64,000 nt of DNA from Sedimentisphaeraceae bacterium JB056 (GCA_044440125.1 JBITAJ010000029.1:160001-224000), one strand, 5' to 3'. Counted from the stretch's first letter, positions 40,432 to 49,828 are shown. The notes: a model not told the origin generated them from the letters alone. Numbers and translations are program-made.

Positions 40432-40547
40432 AGCTGCGAGAATTCATGTGCGTTCTGTTATGCTGCACGTTTTGTGGATTGAATTCTAACGAATTGGAAG
40501 ATATTTTTTACAACAACGCTGCCGGATTATTTAATCTTAGCAATTGA
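40432..40547 (+). pseudogene. 3'-end remnant of a second amidohydrolase gene
   Basis: With one frameshift it reads ENSCAFCYAAR(F)CGLNSNELEDIFYNNAAGLFNLSN*, matching the end of 38111-39079 (QNLAAMLQAATFCKFSKAMIEDIFYNNAKRLL). Confidence 0.6.
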
Positions 40548-40568
40548 TGAAATTATAAAAAGGGAATC

Positions 40569-41519
40569 ATGAAGAAGAATATTTTAGGAAGAACCGGGAT
40601 AGAAGTTTCAGAGCTGTCTTTCGGTGCTGTTTGTATTGGGCTGCCTTATGGTATTGAGGCGGACAGCGAAAGACCGGACGATGATTATTTTGTAAGTTTA
40701 CTAAATACATCATTAGATAGCGGAATTAACTTTTTTGACACCGCCAGAGGCTACGGCAAGAGTGAAGAACTTATCGGCAAGGCCTTTGAGGATAAAAGAC
40801 GCGAAGTTGTTATATGCACCAAGCCCTCTCATATCAAACCTGAGCAATTGAATATCTTAAGCTATGATGAGATTGGAGGCATTATAAAAGGCTCACTCCA
40901 AACGAGTTTACAGAATCTCAAAACTGATTATGTGGATGTTCTGATGTCGCATAATGGACAGCTCGAGTATCAGAAAAATAAAAACTTCGTTAAATCCTTT
41001 GACGACATGAAGCAGCAGGGCCTGACCAGGTCTTTAGGAATATCAGTTTATACTGTCCAAGAGTCTCTGGAGGCTATCAACAGCGGCATTTGGAATGTGA
41101 TTCAATTACCTTTCAATCTGATGGATCAGCGTCAGTCTGAAGTTTTTGAGCTGGCACATGAAAAGGGCGTTGGTATTGTTGTGCGGTCTGTGCTTTTCAA
41201 GGGCATACTGGCTGATAGTCGTCGTGCATTGCATCCTGCACTTAGAGCAATAGATGAGCATTGTGAGCTTTATAGAGAGCTTCTTGACGATGATACTAAA
41301 ACGCTGTCGGAACTTGCGACAAAGTTTGTCCTCTCGCAAAAAGGCATTTCATCAGTTCTGGTCGGTATTGACAAACTTCAGTATCTTGAACAGGCACTTA
41401 AGGTAACAGCCGGCAAATCTTTGAATGATTCGGTTTTGGCACAGGCGAAAAATATGTCCTACCCCGATCCGGAGTTTCTTGATCTCCCCAAGTGGTCTCG
41501 TGAGGGTTGGTTGATATGA
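40569..41519 (+). CDS. Aldo/keto reductase
   Basis: LGRTGIEVSELSFG, GINFFDTARGYGKSE, CTK, LKTDYVD, LGISVY, QLPFN. Confidence 0.9.
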   Translation: MKKNILGRTGIEVSELSFGAVCIGLPYGIEADSERPDDDYFVSLLNTSLDSGINFFDTARGYGKSEELIGKAFEDKRREVVICTKPSHIKPEQLNILSYDEIGGIIKGSLQTSLQNLKTDYVDVLMSHNGQLEYQKNKNFVKSFDDMKQQGLTRSLGISVYTVQESLEAINSGIWNVIQLPFNLMDQRQSEVFELAHEKGVGIVVRSVLFKGILADSRRALHPALRAIDEHCELYRELLDDDTKTLSELATKFVLSQKGISSVLVGIDKLQYLEQALKVTAGKSLNDSVLAQAKNMSYPDPEFLDLPKWSREGWLI

Positions 41520-41548
41520 ATTATTTGATTATTTGAAAGATAAGATGG

Positions 41549-42286
41549 ATGGAGCATTATGTTATATTAATTTTAATTCTGTCTGTATCCGCTTTTCTTC
41601 AAAGCATTGCAGGTTTTGGATTTTCTCTAATTGCATTGCCCCTTATGCTGACTGCAAACGTTGGTTTTGTTGATGCTGTAATGCTTTGTGTTGTGTGTTC
41701 AGCATTTCAGAAAATAATATCCCTTATTTGTTTAAGAGAGCATATTGACAGAGTTCTGATCAAACAATTATTATTGTGGGGCTGTGTCGGAGTCGTCTTA
41801 GGGGTTGCTTGTTTACATTATGTCGCTGCCCTGACGCCTGCTGTGGTAAAAAAAATTGTAGCGATACTTATATTGTTTATCTTGGCAATCAGATGGTTAG
41901 TTAAACTCAAGCCTTTAGAGCAAAGCTGTTGCCTTTTGAATTTTCTGGCATCTTTTACCGGAGGATTCTTGTGTGGATTTGCAAACATTGGTGGGCCTCC
42001 TATGGTAATGTTATCACTCTGTTATAACTGGACGGCCCCACAAATGCGTGTAATGGTTTTAGCTTTCGTTACTTTCCTCATGCCCGTTCAGCTTATTACA
42101 ATGCTTTTGACCTTTGGAGATAAAGTACTTGCCCCAGGTGTTCAGGGGTTAAGTTTTGCTCCTGTTGTAATCCTTTTTAGTTATGCGGGTGTGAGAGCAG
42201 GTAACAGGCTGAACGTATCTGCTATCAGAGTAGTTATGACCGGACTGCTGATTATTATTGCGGTAGTAAACCTTTTCGTGGTTTAA
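41549..42286 (+). CDS. TauE/SafE (sulfite exporter) family membrane protein
   Basis: QSIAGFGFSLIALP, GFLCGFANIGGPP; hydrophobic, about 8 TM segments. Confidence 0.8.
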   Translation: MEHYVILILILSVSAFLQSIAGFGFSLIALPLMLTANVGFVDAVMLCVVCSAFQKIISLICLREHIDRVLIKQLLLWGCVGVVLGVACLHYVAALTPAVVKKIVAILILFILAIRWLVKLKPLEQSCCLLNFLASFTGGFLCGFANIGGPPMVMLSLCYNWTAPQMRVMVLAFVTFLMPVQLITMLLTFGDKVLAPGVQGLSFAPVVILFSYAGVRAGNRLNVSAIRVVMTGLLIIIAVVNLFVV

Positions 42287-42394
42287 TGCTATTAATTCTA
42301 TTGGGGAATCGTTGCAAATGCCAGTAGATAGGCAAGAGATGGTAACAGTAAGATATTCTGGTTGGCGAAAGCTGGATATATTTTGAAACCCAAT

Positions 42395-44668
42395 TTATTT
42401 AAGCCATTCGCTGGCTAATGTGCTTAAGTCTTCAATGTCTATATTCCCATTTTTGTTTATGTCGGCTATTGAAGAAATCAGGAATATGTCAGTTTTGCCC
42501 TCAGTTGTTGCAATACTAAAATCTGATATGTTTTTGCCTATGTAGGCGTTATTTATTACATCAAAAACGTCCGATTTTCTTGGTAATTTTATTTGATTTG
42601 TATGGTTAGCAGTGCCGTGAATCATTATCCAGTTATCATTAGCATTTAACACGTCATTGGTTTCGCTGTAGACATGAACACCGGCATCTGTGTATATTTT
42701 TCTGAGTATTTCTGTCGGTATTCCTGATGTTGCGGAATATACGCTCTTCCAGTTTCCCATATTTTTGCTTATTAGAGCGGGTTGTCCATCTGAGTATTTC
42801 CCCCAGATTAATACACCGGTGCTTTCTGGCACAAATCTTGGGCTTAGAGTTTTTATTCCTTGCCCGCTATTGCCCTTAAAGCTTGTCGGGGCATTTGGGA
42901 ATATACTGTTTTGTACAGTAATTTCTTCAAAGCTATCGCTGTTTATGCTGAAGTCGATACCTATCAACTGTTCCATGGATGTTTCACTGAAATCATGGTT
43001 TTGCACATAATCAGCGGCGTATATCCATACTAATGTATGGTTGTTTGCTTTGAGATTTTGTATTGATGCTCTCTGTGAATCAGTCAGATAGAAGCAACCA
43101 AGGAATATATATACTTTGTGTTCCGGTATAAGGCCTTCCTCGAGATCTTCTATCAGGTAATTATTGAAAGGAGCACCTGCTGTTGCTAATGTTCGTTTGA
43201 GCGTAAGGGCAAAATTGGCACCTAACTGCGAGTTAGGATTGGTGTTGGCGATGTAGAATTCACTTTGTTGAGATGTTATTACGGCTACATTATTTATACG
43301 ACTGCGATCGAATTTCAGTGACTCATCTGCCCACTTTTTGATATTGTCAAAGTTGGTCAGTATTGGATTGTCAGGGTCGTATTCAGTAGTTGCAGGATCA
43401 TCGTACCATTTCCCTGAGGATTGATCCATATACCAACCGCCGGTGCCTTGTGTTAATATATGTCCGAATGCACGATTCAATACTTGCAGGTCTTCTTCGA
43501 TAGTAGTGGTATATACACATGGATAATCGGGGTCGATATAGTTTGCGTAATGTGTTCTTACATCAGCTTCATCCATAAAAAGTTTACCGTTTGCAGCAAC
43601 ACTGTCTGGGTAGTGTCTAAACATGCCATGGCCGCCTAAAAATCTGTCAGTATATGAATGCGGGCTTGCAAACATGTCAACACTGTTAAGCCTGAATGCT
43701 GCGGCTGATGCTCGGTGGTCGATTTGTTGAGACATATAGGGCATATCAGGTTCGTATCCGTATAGGATGCATGTTGCGAGCTCTCCATTACTTTCATCTT
43801 TTACTATTTGACAGAAGTGATCAATTGCATCTACTGCCGATTGGTGATATGCCTCATAGTAATCAAATACCTGATTACCGGTTGGGTTCAAGAACACACC
43901 ATTGGTCGGCGTTGTCATTGCTTCCAGTGTCGGGAATGGAGCAGTCTCAAACGTTACGTAAGGCCAGTTCCAAGATGTTCTTAGAGCTTCTATGTCGTTG
44001 TTGTATTTTTCTTTGAGGTAGTTTCTGAAGTAAACAAGCATTGGCTCGCTTACATCCGGTATGTTTTCTGCTCTGTATCTGTGCCATTCGCCCCACATGC
44101 CGTTAGCTATATGAATAGCTTTTACGCGGTTGGGATATTTCTCTAATAAAAATCTTACTGCCTGTCTCAAAATCTCACCGGCTTCATTTTTCCATTTCTC
44201 TGATGCGAAGGATTCGTGTATAGCGGCATTGCCCGGCGCATAAGTGGAGTCAGCAGGTGATACTGCATCGTCTGGTGGTATCATGTATTCTACGCATTCG
44301 TTCGGGTTGTCGATTAGCCACCATGTTGGTGCCCATACGTGAATTCGGGGCATTAAATAACAATCTTGCGGCATGCGGGCGTTGAAATACATCATGACTT
44401 TGTTAAGCATGCCTTTGTCGTCAAAGCCGTCTCTTTCCCAGTCGAGATCGAGAAAATGATTGATTTCTATTGAAGAATAGAGTTTAAAACCGGCTTGAGC
44501 AAATCTTGGACCATCGTTAACGTTAATTTCCTGTTGAAAAAGAAAAATAGGGGCTTCTGGTTGGCCATTTATATTGAATGCTTTGGCGCCGCCAGCGTCA
44601 GTCATTGGCTGAGCGAGAGATATTCTTGCTATTACAAGTGCTGATAAAATAAGTGTTTTAAACCTCAT
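42395..44668 (-). CDS. Secreted GH42-like (clan A-type) glycoside hydrolase with dockerin-like tail; paralog 1
   Basis: ATG at 44668 with AGGAG. PRIHVWAP.WW, HESFASEKW, IHIANGMWGEWH, LFMDEADVRTH, WYMDQSSG; tail ADINKNGNIDIEDLSTLASEWLK. Confidence 0.65.
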   Translation of the reverse strand: MRFKTLILSALVIARISLAQPMTDAGGAKAFNINGQPEAPIFLFQQEINVNDGPRFAQAGFKLYSSIEINHFLDLDWERDGFDDKGMLNKVMMYFNARMPQDCYLMPRIHVWAPTWWLIDNPNECVEYMIPPDDAVSPADSTYAPGNAAIHESFASEKWKNEAGEILRQAVRFLLEKYPNRVKAIHIANGMWGEWHRYRAENIPDVSEPMLVYFRNYLKEKYNNDIEALRTSWNWPYVTFETAPFPTLEAMTTPTNGVFLNPTGNQVFDYYEAYHQSAVDAIDHFCQIVKDESNGELATCILYGYEPDMPYMSQQIDHRASAAAFRLNSVDMFASPHSYTDRFLGGHGMFRHYPDSVAANGKLFMDEADVRTHYANYIDPDYPCVYTTTIEEDLQVLNRAFGHILTQGTGGWYMDQSSGKWYDDPATTEYDPDNPILTNFDNIKKWADESLKFDRSRINNVAVITSQQSEFYIANTNPNSQLGANFALTLKRTLATAGAPFNNYLIEDLEEGLIPEHKVYIFLGCFYLTDSQRASIQNLKANNHTLVWIYAADYVQNHDFSETSMEQLIGIDFSINSDSFEEITVQNSIFPNAPTSFKGNSGQGIKTLSPRFVPESTGVLIWGKYSDGQPALISKNMGNWKSVYSATSGIPTEILRKIYTDAGVHVYSETNDVLNANDNWIMIHGTANHTNQIKLPRKSDVFDVINNAYIGKNISDFSIATTEGKTDIFLISSIADINKNGNIDIEDLSTLASEWLK

Positions 44669-44722
44669 TTGGGGTCTCCTTTTATTTGTAATCAGAGAAT
44701 TTTTATTCTGTATCTTATCGCA

Positions 44723-44882
44723 TTGTATAATATTTACGAAATAATGCAAGTGTTTGCGTTATTTTTGTGTTTTTTTATTGTGAAATATGCTATTTACTTT
44801 GTTTTTGATGTTTAAATGCTGTTTTTAAATTTCGCAATCGTTTGCTTTTTTGCTTGACTTGAGTTGTTTGATTTGGTAAAGT
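44723..44882. promoter_or_regulatory. Divergent promoter region with two LacI-type operator-like sites
   Basis: TGCAAGTGTTTGCG (44745-44758) and CGCAATCGTTTGCT (44833-44846). Forward TTGACT-17-TAAAGT (44854-44882); reverse TTGCAT..TACAAT. Confidence 0.55.
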
Positions 44883-44982
44883 GTTTTAAGAGTGATGAAG
44901 CGGCGAGTTATTTTGAAAGTTTATTCTGCCGATTTTGTCGAAGTGATTTATATAATTTACTAATCCACAAGGAGAGCGTTAA

Positions 44983-45873
44983 ATGAAAACAGTTAAGTTG
45001 TTAATTGTAATGGTTTCTGTGCTGGTATATTCGTCTGCAGCGATGGCGCTGCATGAAAATGCCACATACAGTTGGAATCCTTCAGAAACAGAGCATGACT
45101 GGGTGAGTGTAAATCGTTGGGCTATATTTGAAGGCAGTTGGATATATCCTTTTGATTCCGTTCCCGGGGCTACTAACACAGTGGATATGGGCAACAGTTC
45201 GCCTGTTAATTATGCAGAGATTCCTGTTGGTGCAACTGCACAGTGCCTGCATCTTTATGTTGGAAGCGGCAGTGATGATACATTGATTGTTAACGGTACA
45301 CTGAATGTTAATGGTGATTTTGTGTTTGGCTCCGGAGCGGGTGATAGCGGTACTGCTGTTGTAACAGTGAATTCTTCGGCAGATGTTAATTTTCTTGGGA
45401 AAATAGTGCCTTATAATTCAAATGCGGCTACAATCTGCAAGCTTGCCGTAAATGGCGGAACTGTTGATGTATCTGATATCATAGGTGTTCAGGCTCCTGC
45501 TAATTACCCTTCAAAGGTAGCTGTTGAGCTTAAGGGCGGTTCATTTAATCCTGGTTATGTAGCATTTTATGATGCAGGTGATGGAAGTAATTTCAGCATC
45601 GATATTGATGGTGGTGATCTTGTAATGAATAATTACGGTCATTTTACCAATGATCTTGTAGCAAAGGGCTGTATTCTTGCTTCAGGCAATGTTGTTACTG
45701 TTGATAATATGGCTGAAATGCTTGAAGAGGATTGGTCTACTTATCCTGGCAAGGTAGCATTTCGTTCGAAGGTTCCTGTTGTTTATGAGGCTGATTTTGA
45801 CGGAAACGGCAAGGTTGATCTTGCTGATTTTAGTATGTTTGCAAGCGAGTGGCTCAGGGTTAATGCTCAATAG
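44983..45873 (+). CDS. Secreted beta-strand-repeat (beta-helix-like) protein with dockerin-like tail
   Basis: Signal peptide; W..W...W N-cap; G-rich beta repeats; ADFDGNGKVDLADFSMFASEWL. Confidence 0.55.
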   Translation: MKTVKLLIVMVSVLVYSSAAMALHENATYSWNPSETEHDWVSVNRWAIFEGSWIYPFDSVPGATNTVDMGNSSPVNYAEIPVGATAQCLHLYVGSGSDDTLIVNGTLNVNGDFVFGSGAGDSGTAVVTVNSSADVNFLGKIVPYNSNAATICKLAVNGGTVDVSDIIGVQAPANYPSKVAVELKGGSFNPGYVAFYDAGDGSNFSIDIDGGDLVMNNYGHFTNDLVAKGCILASGNVVTVDNMAEMLEEDWSTYPGKVAFRSKVPVVYEADFDGNGKVDLADFSMFASEWLRVNAQ

Positions 45874-45904
45874 AATGTTGGTTAAATAATTTGGAGATCA
45901 TAAG

Positions 45905-46828
45905 ATGAAAAATATATTGTTTTTAGCGGTTATTTTGGGTTTTGCAGCATCGTCTTTCGCTGTTTTCAGTTGGGAAAATGGTGACGGCAGTCATAGCTGG
46001 AATGTACCTAACAACTGGGCTAATAATACAACTGGAAGCTGGGTTTACGGCGTTTTGCCGGGACTTCTTGATGACGTGAATTTGTCAAACACATCTTCGG
46101 GCAGATATGTACAGATAAATGCAGGTGATGACATTGCAGTACAGGATGTAAGTTTGGGTTGGAATATTGATGGCTCTATGATAATTGACGGCGGCGATTT
46201 TCAGTGCAGAAATTTCTTTCTTGGTCTTGGCGATCAGGAAACAGGTGAAGTGAGTCTCATAGTTAACGGCGGAAATTTCTATAGCGTTTTTGATGGTCAG
46301 TTTGGCGGCAAAATCATGCCGTATAATTCAGATCCCAACTCAACTTCAAGAATCACAATGAACGGTGGACTTATTCAGCTTGACAATGCATTGGAGATAC
46401 TTGATGATTCTGCATATCAGGCAAAGCTTGCAGTTCAACTCTACGGTGGAATTTTTGATCCGAAATTTGTTGCAGTTCAGGGCGGTAGCGGTTCTAATCT
46501 ATCTATTGATATTGCCGGTGGTACCTTGCTTCTTGATACTATTGGAAATTTTCAGGATCTTGTAGGCTTGTATGATTCTGTATCTGTAAATGGTGAAAAA
46601 CTTGTTTGGGATGATGTAGTAGGCCAGATCGATCCTGATACAGGCGAGCCTGATCCAGAGATTCCTAATCCTGAAAAGCTTATATATGACCTTGAAACTT
46701 ATCCCGGCAGAGTCGCTATAACTGCTTCGTATGTTGTACCTGAAGCGAAATATGACCTTGAAGCTGACGGTGTTCTTGATGCAAAGGATATTGTGGTAAT
46801 GGCACAGCAGTGGCTTGCGGGTAATTGA
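45905..46828 (+). CDS. Tandem paralog of 44983 with dockerin-like tail
   Basis: Shares GSW.Y....PG, GKI.PYNS, K.AV.L.GG.F.P..VA, GSN.SIDI.GG, TYPG.VA; tail YDLEADGVLDAKDIVVMAQQWL. Confidence 0.55.
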   Translation: MKNILFLAVILGFAASSFAVFSWENGDGSHSWNVPNNWANNTTGSWVYGVLPGLLDDVNLSNTSSGRYVQINAGDDIAVQDVSLGWNIDGSMIIDGGDFQCRNFFLGLGDQETGEVSLIVNGGNFYSVFDGQFGGKIMPYNSDPNSTSRITMNGGLIQLDNALEILDDSAYQAKLAVQLYGGIFDPKFVAVQGGSGSNLSIDIAGGTLLLDTIGNFQDLVGLYDSVSVNGEKLVWDDVVGQIDPDTGEPDPEIPNPEKLIYDLETYPGRVAITASYVVPEAKYDLEADGVLDAKDIVVMAQQWLAGN

Positions 46829-46836
46829 TATTGTTT

Positions 46837-46863
46837 TGCGACCCGGATATAGTTCGGGTCGCA
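46837..46863 (+). other. Intergenic GC-rich stem-loop
   Basis: TGCGACCCGGA/TTCGGGTCGCA. Confidence 0.6.
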
Positions 46864-46886
46864 GTTAAATACAGAATGGAGATTTT

Positions 46887-47792
46887 ATGAGAGTGATGAA
46901 GCAAAAAAAAGCTTTTACATTGATTGAGCTTCTGGTGGTTATATCAATAATTGCCATTTTGATGAGTATTTTAATGCCTGCTATGACAAAAGTACGTAGT
47001 CAGGCGAAGGCGTTGGTTTGCGGTACGAGGCTAAAGGACATCGCTCCTGCTGTCAATATGTACATAAATGATAATAACGGTGATATTCCCGCCTCATTTG
47101 CGATGAGTGCCGAAGAAGCAGCCAATGATGTTGCTACGACATGGATCGATCGTATCGCAAGCTATTATTATATGAAGAATACTGCTGACGGCGGTTTTGA
47201 AACATCCGCTCATAACACAAAGTATTTCCGCTGTCCAACACAGGAATATGTGTTGAAGATGGAAAAAGAGGCGGTTAATTCCAATTCTCCTTATATGACA
47301 AGTCCTAAGACCGGTATAAAATATAAGATGACTCCCGGTGCCGGTACTTACGGCATGAATGCTTTCTTTTCCGGTCGTGGGGCTGTAAGTGGCTATAAAG
47401 AACTGAATTTTCGTAAATATTCAAAAATTAAAGGCCCTTCTTCTGTGCCAATGGTTTCAGATGTCGCAGCAGAAGCCCGTTATGGCGGTTATAATGGAGA
47501 ATTGTCCACAAAGCAGCCAACTACAGATATGGGCGGCTGGTATCTTGTCCCAGATGCTCCGCATCCTATTGCCTACCTTTATGGCTGGACGGGGGATGGC
47601 TATGAAGGACGGGTGAAAGATAATTATCATGGTCCTGCTGCGGTACACGAAGGCAAGATAAATTATATGTTTAGTGATGGACATGTTGAGTTGAAGAAAA
47701 ATGTATGGCCATGGTCGGATAATGATGATACTAAGTCAAAAGTCAATGTTTTCCATCCGCAAGGCAAACGAGAAGAACCAAAGTATTGGTAA
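46887..47792 (+). CDS. Prepilin-type N-terminal cleavage/methylation protein with H-X9-DG motif
   Basis: AFTLIELLVVISIIAILMSILMPAM; FRCP; HEGKINYMFSDGHVE. Confidence 0.9.
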   Translation: MRVMKQKKAFTLIELLVVISIIAILMSILMPAMTKVRSQAKALVCGTRLKDIAPAVNMYINDNNGDIPASFAMSAEEAANDVATTWIDRIASYYYMKNTADGGFETSAHNTKYFRCPTQEYVLKMEKEAVNSNSPYMTSPKTGIKYKMTPGAGTYGMNAFFSGRGAVSGYKELNFRKYSKIKGPSSVPMVSDVAAEARYGGYNGELSTKQPTTDMGGWYLVPDAPHPIAYLYGWTGDGYEGRVKDNYHGPAAVHEGKINYMFSDGHVELKKNVWPWSDNDDTKSKVNVFHPQGKREEPKYW

Positions 47793-47808
47793 TTAAACAA
47801 CAATGACA

Positions 47809-47866
47809 GACAACGTTGACTTAATGCTGTTAATATCTTAAAATTGCAGTTGTTGTCTACGGTGTC
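47809..47866 (+). promoter_or_regulatory. LacI gene promoter with two CG-centred operator-like palindromes
   Basis: TTGACT (47816)-17-TAAAAT (47839); GACAACGTTGAC (47809-47820) and GTCTACGGTGTC (47855-47866). Confidence 0.55.
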
Positions 47867-47892
47867 GAATATTCATAGGATAGAGTAAAAAT

Positions 47893-48939
47893 ATGGGTGT
47901 TACAATTGCACAAATAGCAGAAGCTGTTGGCGTTCATGCTTCAACCGTTTCAAGGGCACTTAACGGCTCGGCGACTCTTTCTGATGCCAGATGTCAGGAG
48001 ATAAAGAGAGTAGCAGAGCAGTTAGGTTACAGGCCGAATCTTATGGCCAAAGCTCTGCAGGGGAAAAGGACTAATACAATAGGTATAATTGCCCCAAAGT
48101 TTACTGATATATATTCTGTTGCACTTTTCAATGAGCAGGAAGCTCTTTTGCGTGAGTTGGGATACATGAGTATTTTGACAATAACAGATTTTGAGCAGCA
48201 GAGTGAAATTGAAGCAATACGCGGCTTGCTTGACAGAAGTGTTGATGGTCTTTTAATGAATTATGCTACCAGAAACAGTGAAGTTATGGAGTATATAAAA
48301 GAGGTTGTTGATAAACGGAATGTTATTTTTTCAATTGTTGGTCAGGAATCTGGAGAAGGTGTCTTTGATACAGTAAATGTTGATATTTGTAAATGGTCCC
48401 AATTGCTTGTTGAGCATCTGATCGAAAAGGGACACAGGCGAATTGCGATTATAGTGGATGCTTTCGGAAGCGGTTATGATTTTGAAAAGGATACAAAGTA
48501 TATAGGTTATCGAAGGGCCCTCAAAGAAAATGGTATAGAGTTTGATGAGAAGCTTGTATTTTGTTCACACTTTGTTCATCAGGATGTTAACGAGCTTGTT
48601 CAGAGGATGATGTCGCTTAAAGATCGTCCTACCGCAATTTGTGCTTACAGTGACGAACTTGCAGGTGGATTACTTGGTTGTCTTAATGATGCCAGTTATG
48701 CCGTGCCTCAGGATGTTTCACTTGTCGGTTTTAATGATGACTGGTTCTCCGGTAAATATGCCGTTCCGCTTACGACCTGTAAGCTGCCTGCAGACAGGAT
48801 TGCCAAGGCAGCTGTGGATGCTATTATGACACGTCTCAATGACCCATTAGCAAAACCGCAGGAAATAATGTGCGAAAGTGAACTTGTAATAAGAAGTTCA
48901 GTTAAAGATATCAACAGTAGAGGTGCTGCTAATGAATAA
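47893..48939 (+). CDS. LacI family transcriptional regulator
   Basis: TIAQIAEAVGVHASTVSRALN, LGYRPN, GHRRIA, VPQDVSLVGFND. Confidence 0.95.
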   Translation: MGVTIAQIAEAVGVHASTVSRALNGSATLSDARCQEIKRVAEQLGYRPNLMAKALQGKRTNTIGIIAPKFTDIYSVALFNEQEALLRELGYMSILTITDFEQQSEIEAIRGLLDRSVDGLLMNYATRNSEVMEYIKEVVDKRNVIFSIVGQESGEGVFDTVNVDICKWSQLLVEHLIEKGHRRIAIIVDAFGSGYDFEKDTKYIGYRRALKENGIEFDEKLVFCSHFVHQDVNELVQRMMSLKDRPTAICAYSDELAGGLLGCLNDASYAVPQDVSLVGFNDDWFSGKYAVPLTTCKLPADRIAKAAVDAIMTRLNDPLAKPQEIMCESELVIRSSVKDINSRGAANE

Positions 48940-49828
48940 GATACCTGTAATTCTCGATACGGATATCGGGGGAGATATTGATGATACATGGGCATTAGGC
49001 ATGCTTATCAATACTCCTGAGCTCGATTTGAAACTCATATCCGTTGTAAGCCATGATGTTTTGTATAAAGCGAAAATTGTCTGTAAGTTTCTTGAACGAC
49101 TCGATAGGGCAGATGTTCCCGTTGCTATGGGCATTTCTACATCCGAAGAAACGGGTTGTCAGGAAGATTGGGTACAGGATTATTCTGTAGATCAGTATCC
49201 GGGAAATGTTTATGATGATGCTATTGACAGAATTGCTGAAATAGTGACACAGTCTGAAGAAACAGTTACCATTATATGTATTGGTACTATGACAAATATG
49301 GCTGCTTTTGCTGATAAGTATCCTGATTTGGTAAAAAAGATCAAGATAGTAGCGATGGCGGGAAGCATATACAAAGATGAATGCGGCAGGGAATCACCGA
49401 TACCGGAGTGTAATGTGGTATGGGATATTCCTGCGGCTCAGACTGTTTTCAGTAGTCAGTGGGATATAACACTTGCTCCTCTTGATGTGGGAGTGAGTGC
49501 AAGGATTTACGGTAACGAATATGCGGCTGTTCGTGAAAGCGATAAAATTATTCCTCAGATGATAATTGAACAGTATGAGAACTGGACACGCATACATCCA
49601 GAGCTTGGCGGCAATCCACAACAGTTCAGTAGTAAGCTTTGGGATACTGTAGCCGTCTATCTTGCTTCAAAGAGAGAATTCATCGAACTTCGAAATATAC
49701 CGTTGGTCGTAACTGACAAGGGCTATACAAAAATAGATCCTGCTAATGGTAAGAATGTATTTGTAGGTCTTTCCTGGAAAGATTTACCCGGTTTTCAAAA
49801 ATATTTAGCTTCCACTCTGGTAAGCTGA
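48932..49828 (+). CDS. Inosine-uridine nucleoside hydrolase family protein
   Basis: ILDTDIGGDIDD, IGTMTN, ECNVVWD, LWD (His of the usual HD replaced). Confidence 0.85.
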   Translation: MNKIPVILDTDIGGDIDDTWALGMLINTPELDLKLISVVSHDVLYKAKIVCKFLERLDRADVPVAMGISTSEETGCQEDWVQDYSVDQYPGNVYDDAIDRIAEIVTQSEETVTIICIGTMTNMAAFADKYPDLVKKIKIVAMAGSIYKDECGRESPIPECNVVWDIPAAQTVFSSQWDITLAPLDVGVSARIYGNEYAAVRESDKIIPQMIIEQYENWTRIHPELGGNPQQFSSKLWDTVAVYLASKREFIELRNIPLVVTDKGYTKIDPANGKNVFVGLSWKDLPGFQKYLASTLVS

